64,000 nucleotides of DNA from Balanoglossus misakiensis (taxonomy: Eukaryota > Animalia > Hemichordata), in the NCBI GenBank assembly GCA_040954595.2, contig CM082581.2, forward strand, positions 14,313,350 to 14,377,349, given 5' to 3'. The notes beneath the pieces are model-generated. The model made no database searches. It was given only the letters and a program-made list of their open reading frames with translations, and was not told the origin of the DNA. Positions within the stretch are counted from its first letter, which is position 1, and every line of letters starts with the position of its first letter. Both the position numbers and the translations under genes were made by a program. Of this stretch, positions 59,492 through 64,000 are shown piece by piece.

Positions 59492-62400
59492 GGAAAGTCT
59501 GCACCAAATAAGCTTGTCAATCAGTATATACACTACAGAGCTGAAGACACTGGCAATTAACGTTTGACATTCTTTACAAAGACACCCTCTGTGCTATATT
59601 CTCTTCAGCATTTTTGTACAGTATTGTTTTAAAGAAATATAGTGTCTTATTATTTCCCAAGGGCAAAAAAAGTCATTTATGCACAGTGGAGGATGGGGTT
59701 AGCAGTTTACATCTTTAATAGATCAGAAAATAATCATCCAATCCTTTTCCCAAGCTACATATATTTTAACAAGCTAAACACTTGAAGATTGATACACAAT
59801 AATTATCACTGTATGATTGCATGTATTAAGTTAAACCTATCTTTCAGTATGGCTGTCTGTGGCTGGCATCGTGCAAATTTGTCTGAGAGGAGTACAAAGG
59901 ATGTGCCAAGGTTAGGCCAGCATAATGCCAAAATAATGCTGGCACAATACCAGCATTTGGCTAGGTGATACTGGATCTTTACTGTATCTGTATCAAACCA
60001 CTGTATGAAGTTATAGATGAATGCTGGAGAGAGACAATGCTATTTTTTAACAATTAAAAATAAGTTTTAATTTTGACTAACTATTACCTAAAGCCACGAA
60101 AAGAAAAGTTAACAGTTTGTAACTTCTCAGGATTTAAAGTTTACTCGTAACCTTGGAAACCAAATATGCCAATGACCAGCCAAAAACACAGCATAACACA
60201 CATTCAGTTTCCCCCAGAACAAGATGGCATCCAAAGGTTTTAGATGTATCACGACTATGCATGCTGGGTAAAATTTTGTTTTCATAAAATTGCCAAAGAG
60301 AGATTTAACTGTTTTCGGTTGTTTGCATTTTGAACTGTTCATGGTTATAGTATGGTAGTTCACTGTTTGGAATGGTTTTTGTCCGTCCTAACGGACACTA
60401 GTTTTATGATGTGCTAACTACAGACATAAAACTAAGAATTAGGGTGTACCAGGTATAACACAAAGGCCATTTATTAGTATGGTCTAGCCATCTTCTATTT
60501 CTAATTGACATTACATGTAATTGTGATATATTTAATGAGTAGAAATTGTTTTTCTTGGAGGATAAGTTTTTATTGCTGAAACACTGTTACTGTTGAACAT
60601 CAAATAAATCATGGAACACTTTTTGATTGGCATATTTGTCAAATTCTTGATAAAACATAAAATATGGTACACAAATTCATGATCAGTATGAAATAAATAT
60701 TACATTTTTGTTACACAAGATGCCGATTTTTTTCCTCCCAAAGTTGTCTTTTCTTTATAAATAACGGCCACCCAGTTTTGTAACATCACTTGACAACCTG
60801 CAAATATGGAGATACAGATGAGTATTTTCCTTCATGTAAACCCATCCTGTACATGTACCTATACCCCCTTCCGGTAGTTTTAAAGTGGTGAAGTTTTATA
60901 CCTAAGCCTAACACTAGGGCGTGGTTGATTATAACCCATCATGTACATACACACACATACACACACAGTTGTAGGACAATCCTACATAATTTCATCTATA
61001 AATATCAGTATTGACTGCTTCTGCTAGTTCTTCCAAGATATATGGTAATACAATGGATTACAGAGTCCCATAACTTTCTGGCTGCCTAAATTGGTTACCA
61101 TATCAAATGTGCTCAAACGTTTGCCTTGTGCCTTTTCTTTCTCACCAAAAGCCAGCAGTCTTAACATGGCAACCTCTGAATTCAGTGTTGCTCTAGTGCT
61201 AATATTTAACCAAATAACAGTTGAATTTAGGTGTAGGATATAGTTATAGCAAAATCTCCATAATAAATATTTCCTTTTTGTAATATACCGGTATTTACAT
61301 TTTTTCCTTTGATGAACTTTTCAAGTACACTGGTCTGTTCTTTGGTTTCTGATGAGAAAAATACATGTCATTACATTATATAGACAAATACACGTCATTA
61401 ACTTGTAATCATGTGTAGAATTTTGATGTATAATTTTGATTGATTGTTGATAGATGTGGAATCTCTGTAATCATACATTGTGGAAATGATGGATTGATTT
61501 GAAGTAAAATGATGTATTTCAGATTATGAGTATGGTACTGTCATTTGTTATGTTGCTTGGATGACTGTGGAATTGTGGGTCAGGTGTATAGATGTGTTGT
61601 GTTGTGTGACCAAAAGTAGTCTGCATAGATATGCTGTAATGACATCACATGTACATTTCTGTAATATCTGGTTTATTTCATAAATGAATTGTGTGATTAT
61701 GATACATGCTTTATAATTCAAAAGTGGTACATAATCTCTGAGCTTCGTTCACCAGACACCACTGCAACAGCTTGGTGTATCTTGGATAAGAAGGCTTTTG
61801 GTGTGATATATTTCACTACACATGATTAGTATATTTAGGGTTGATACAGTAATTTCTAATTTCTCTGTAATACAACGATTGACTACTCACCAGATATATC
61901 CAGAATGCTGTTGGGTTGAATCAACTTGAATGCCATTTTGTCTCATAGATATTCCCATGCAAAATCCCAAGACTCATTTTCAAGATCCTCGTAGCTTCAT
62001 TTTGGGTCTGGGTGACAGAGACTCCATGCATATTACAGATTGCACATCCAATAAAATTTACAGAGCATTAAGAGAAAACAACAAAATCATTTCTTTAAAA
62101 TATATATTTACATTAAAAATGTAAATTAAATGAAAAAAATATATGTAATTATGTACATATCGGTAATTATCAATACTGCTGCAGACCAAGTACAGATAGT
62201 GTGAATGATTACTGGCACAGTTGTCAAATACAACACAATTTTCACTAACCACCTCAAAATAGCACAGATACTTCTACATTGTAGGATGCTTGCAGGCAAT
62301 CTTTTAATTTGAACATCCTTTTGCACAACGTCTGTAACATACCCAAACCATCATTACAAAAACATCTGAAGAGTTACAGCTCTTCGGGATGAGATGTATG

Positions 62401-62524
62401 TGTCTTTGAGTTATAGATCTTCCTGCACTGGAAGATAGTTCATTTTGTATCACTGACTGACTGGAGACATGTGGTTTCTATACCATCATTAGCACATGGA
62501 CTGGTACGATAGAATCTGTCAATC

Positions 62525-62617
62525 TTAACCCTTTCACCACCATAGTTCAGTCAAAACCCATTGTTTTCTATGGTAAAGTTGGACCTCTATAGAGGAAACA
62601 GGGGGTGAAAGGGTTAA
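62525..62617 (+). mobile_element. TTAA MITE copy (best preserved, 85 bp) abutting the LRR gene stop codon
   Basis: TTAA(62525-62528)-CCCTTTCACC...GGTGAAAGGG-TTAA(62614-62617). Confidence 0.9.
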
Positions 62618-63739
62618 TTTAGCTTGGTCAGTTTGGAGTAGTCCACCCTGCAGAACTCCCCAGTGTCCAGATTTTTGGCCATAACAGTGTTGGGGTCAGC
62701 ATTTGGTGTACGGTGCTCTACCGTGATCCTCTTCAGGGTCACATCCTGAAATATTTTAGAAAGGGAATTAAAATGTTTAGTTGATTTAAGAATATAAATA
62801 ATTAAAAATAATTTAAAAACAACAGCATATTTATCCCTATGATTCTGTGTACAAACACAAACATGACCATGTCTACCAGGATAAGCCTTAACATATTTCA
62901 ACTAAATATCTTTGTCAAATTACTTTTTTCTTCATATCGAAGTTGCACTTCATTACCACGTGGCCCATACCACTATAAGAATAGGTAGGTCACATACCTG
63001 GAGGTATCTGACAGCTGCCGGGGTGATCAGTGCACACCCGGATAGGTAGATACAATCCAGCTGTGGACAGCTGTTTGCAATAGCCAGGACACTCTTGTCA
63101 GTCAGTCCATGGATACCGGAGAGAACAATATCTTCCAGCGGACAATTCCTGGCCAACGCACACACACCTTCATCTGTGATCTGTGCAAGAGATTTCAACC
63201 AGGTCATTAAGGCTTTGGTATACTCACTAACACAATAATGACATAGTCATGACAGATTCTCAAGTATGTGTCTTGGTCATAAAATTTTAACACTTTCACC
63301 CCGTTTCCCTTTTAGAGGTCCAACTTTACCATAAAAAACAATGGATTTGGACCAAACCATACTGGTGAAAGGGATAATACTAAATGTCTGTGTCACAAGA
63401 CAGAATGGTTTTCATTGTTATTAAAGTATGATAACACACCTTATAACCCCTTACAAATAAATTGATCATTACAATAATGAATCACTAATTTTCCGAACTA
63501 AATATTGAATGTCAAACAACCATGTCTTTCAAGTATGTCATCTTGCAAAATCAAACAGAAAGATGATGCATCAGTAGCCTCACCTCTTTGCAAGTCTTGA
63601 AATTGACCATTTTCAGTCGATGACAGTTAGCTGCCAGCGTCTGCAGGATACCATCATTGATACACACAACCCCAGCCACGGCAAACCACTCAAGATTGGT
63701 ACAGGACTCAGCTATGGCCAATACAACTTCGTAAGTCAA
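62614..63739 (-). CDS. 3' part of a cysteine-containing leucine-rich-repeat protein (FBXL/AMN1-like); gene begins beyond the window
   Basis: Exons 63739-63584, 63180-62998, 62745-62614, all phase 0. Repeats LAIAESCTNLEWF, LAANCHRLKMVNFKTCKEITDEGVCALARNC, LTDKSVLAIANSCPQLDCIYLSGC. The F-box itself is not visible. Confidence 0.85.
63287..63377 (-). mobile_element. TTAA MITE copy, LRR gene intron
   Basis: TTAA-CACTTTCACCCC...GGTCCAACTTTACCATAAAAAACAATGGATTTGGACCAAACCAT...GGTGAAAGGG. Confidence 0.82.
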
Positions 63740-64000
63740 CTACCAATAAAAAAGTAAACATGTCATTTATGACAACAAAGATACAAAGAAATCAATTAGC
63801 AGGATAATTAAAGACAAAAAGCTACCGATTATATATCATATTTACATGGGAAACCTCCAAATTGAAAAAAAAGGATTAATATATCCAGTTAACATTTACT
63901 TGGAAATGACTGCTGCAGTTTACTCAAAAACTGGTGATGTCACTGAAAATCCAAAGTGTTTGTTTCTCATTGGCAGAATGAGGTACAAGTTTACCCAAGG

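Noticed and set aside
1-64000. CRISPR arrays, tRNA/rRNA genes, prokaryotic operons, autonomous transposase or reverse-transcriptase ORFs
   Set aside because: None seen by eye. The DNA is spliceosomal-intron eukaryotic, and all long ORFs are explained by host exons or are low-confidence. A covariance-model search would be needed to exclude small ncRNAs.

Overview
Gene-dense, AT-rich, intron-containing eukaryotic DNA. It looks like a marine invertebrate bilaterian (GT-AG introns, TTAGGG repeats); the species cannot be determined from the sequence. Hand-spliced genes in order: a possible signal-peptide first exon of a minus-strand gene leaving the window to the left (8.3 kb); MFSD13A/TMEM180 (+); a bacterial-type YitH/HlmA-like GNAT with a mitochondrial-type presequence (-); single-exon PRMT6 (+); kappaB-Ras/NKIRAS (+); HPS1 (+); drebrin-like/ABP1 (-); an unannotated 5-exon secreted protein (-); a single-exon orphan ORF (+); a Nanchung/OCR-type TRPV channel (-); a PYG-repeat ciliary microtubule inner protein of the FAM166/SPMIP5 type (+); and the 3' end of an LRR (FBXL-like) gene (-). 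The top finding is the 5-exon secreted protein at 37487-39634. Its exon sizes, intron phases (1,0,0,0) and helix-D motif (FVILRDF) match the IL-6/G-CSF/IL-11 long-chain helical cytokines, making it a candidate invertebrate JAK/STAT ligand. Mobile-DNA highlights: a P-superfamily-like non-autonomous element (32-bp TIR, 7-bp TSD) plus two apparent excision footprints of the same family; a MITE carrying inverted telomeric repeats with an 8-bp TSD; a 142-bp hairpin whose 7 mismatches are all G-A; and about 9 copies of a TTAA-type MITE, one inserted exactly at a stop codon. Exon coordinates were read by eye and family assignments come from remembered motifs, not database searches.
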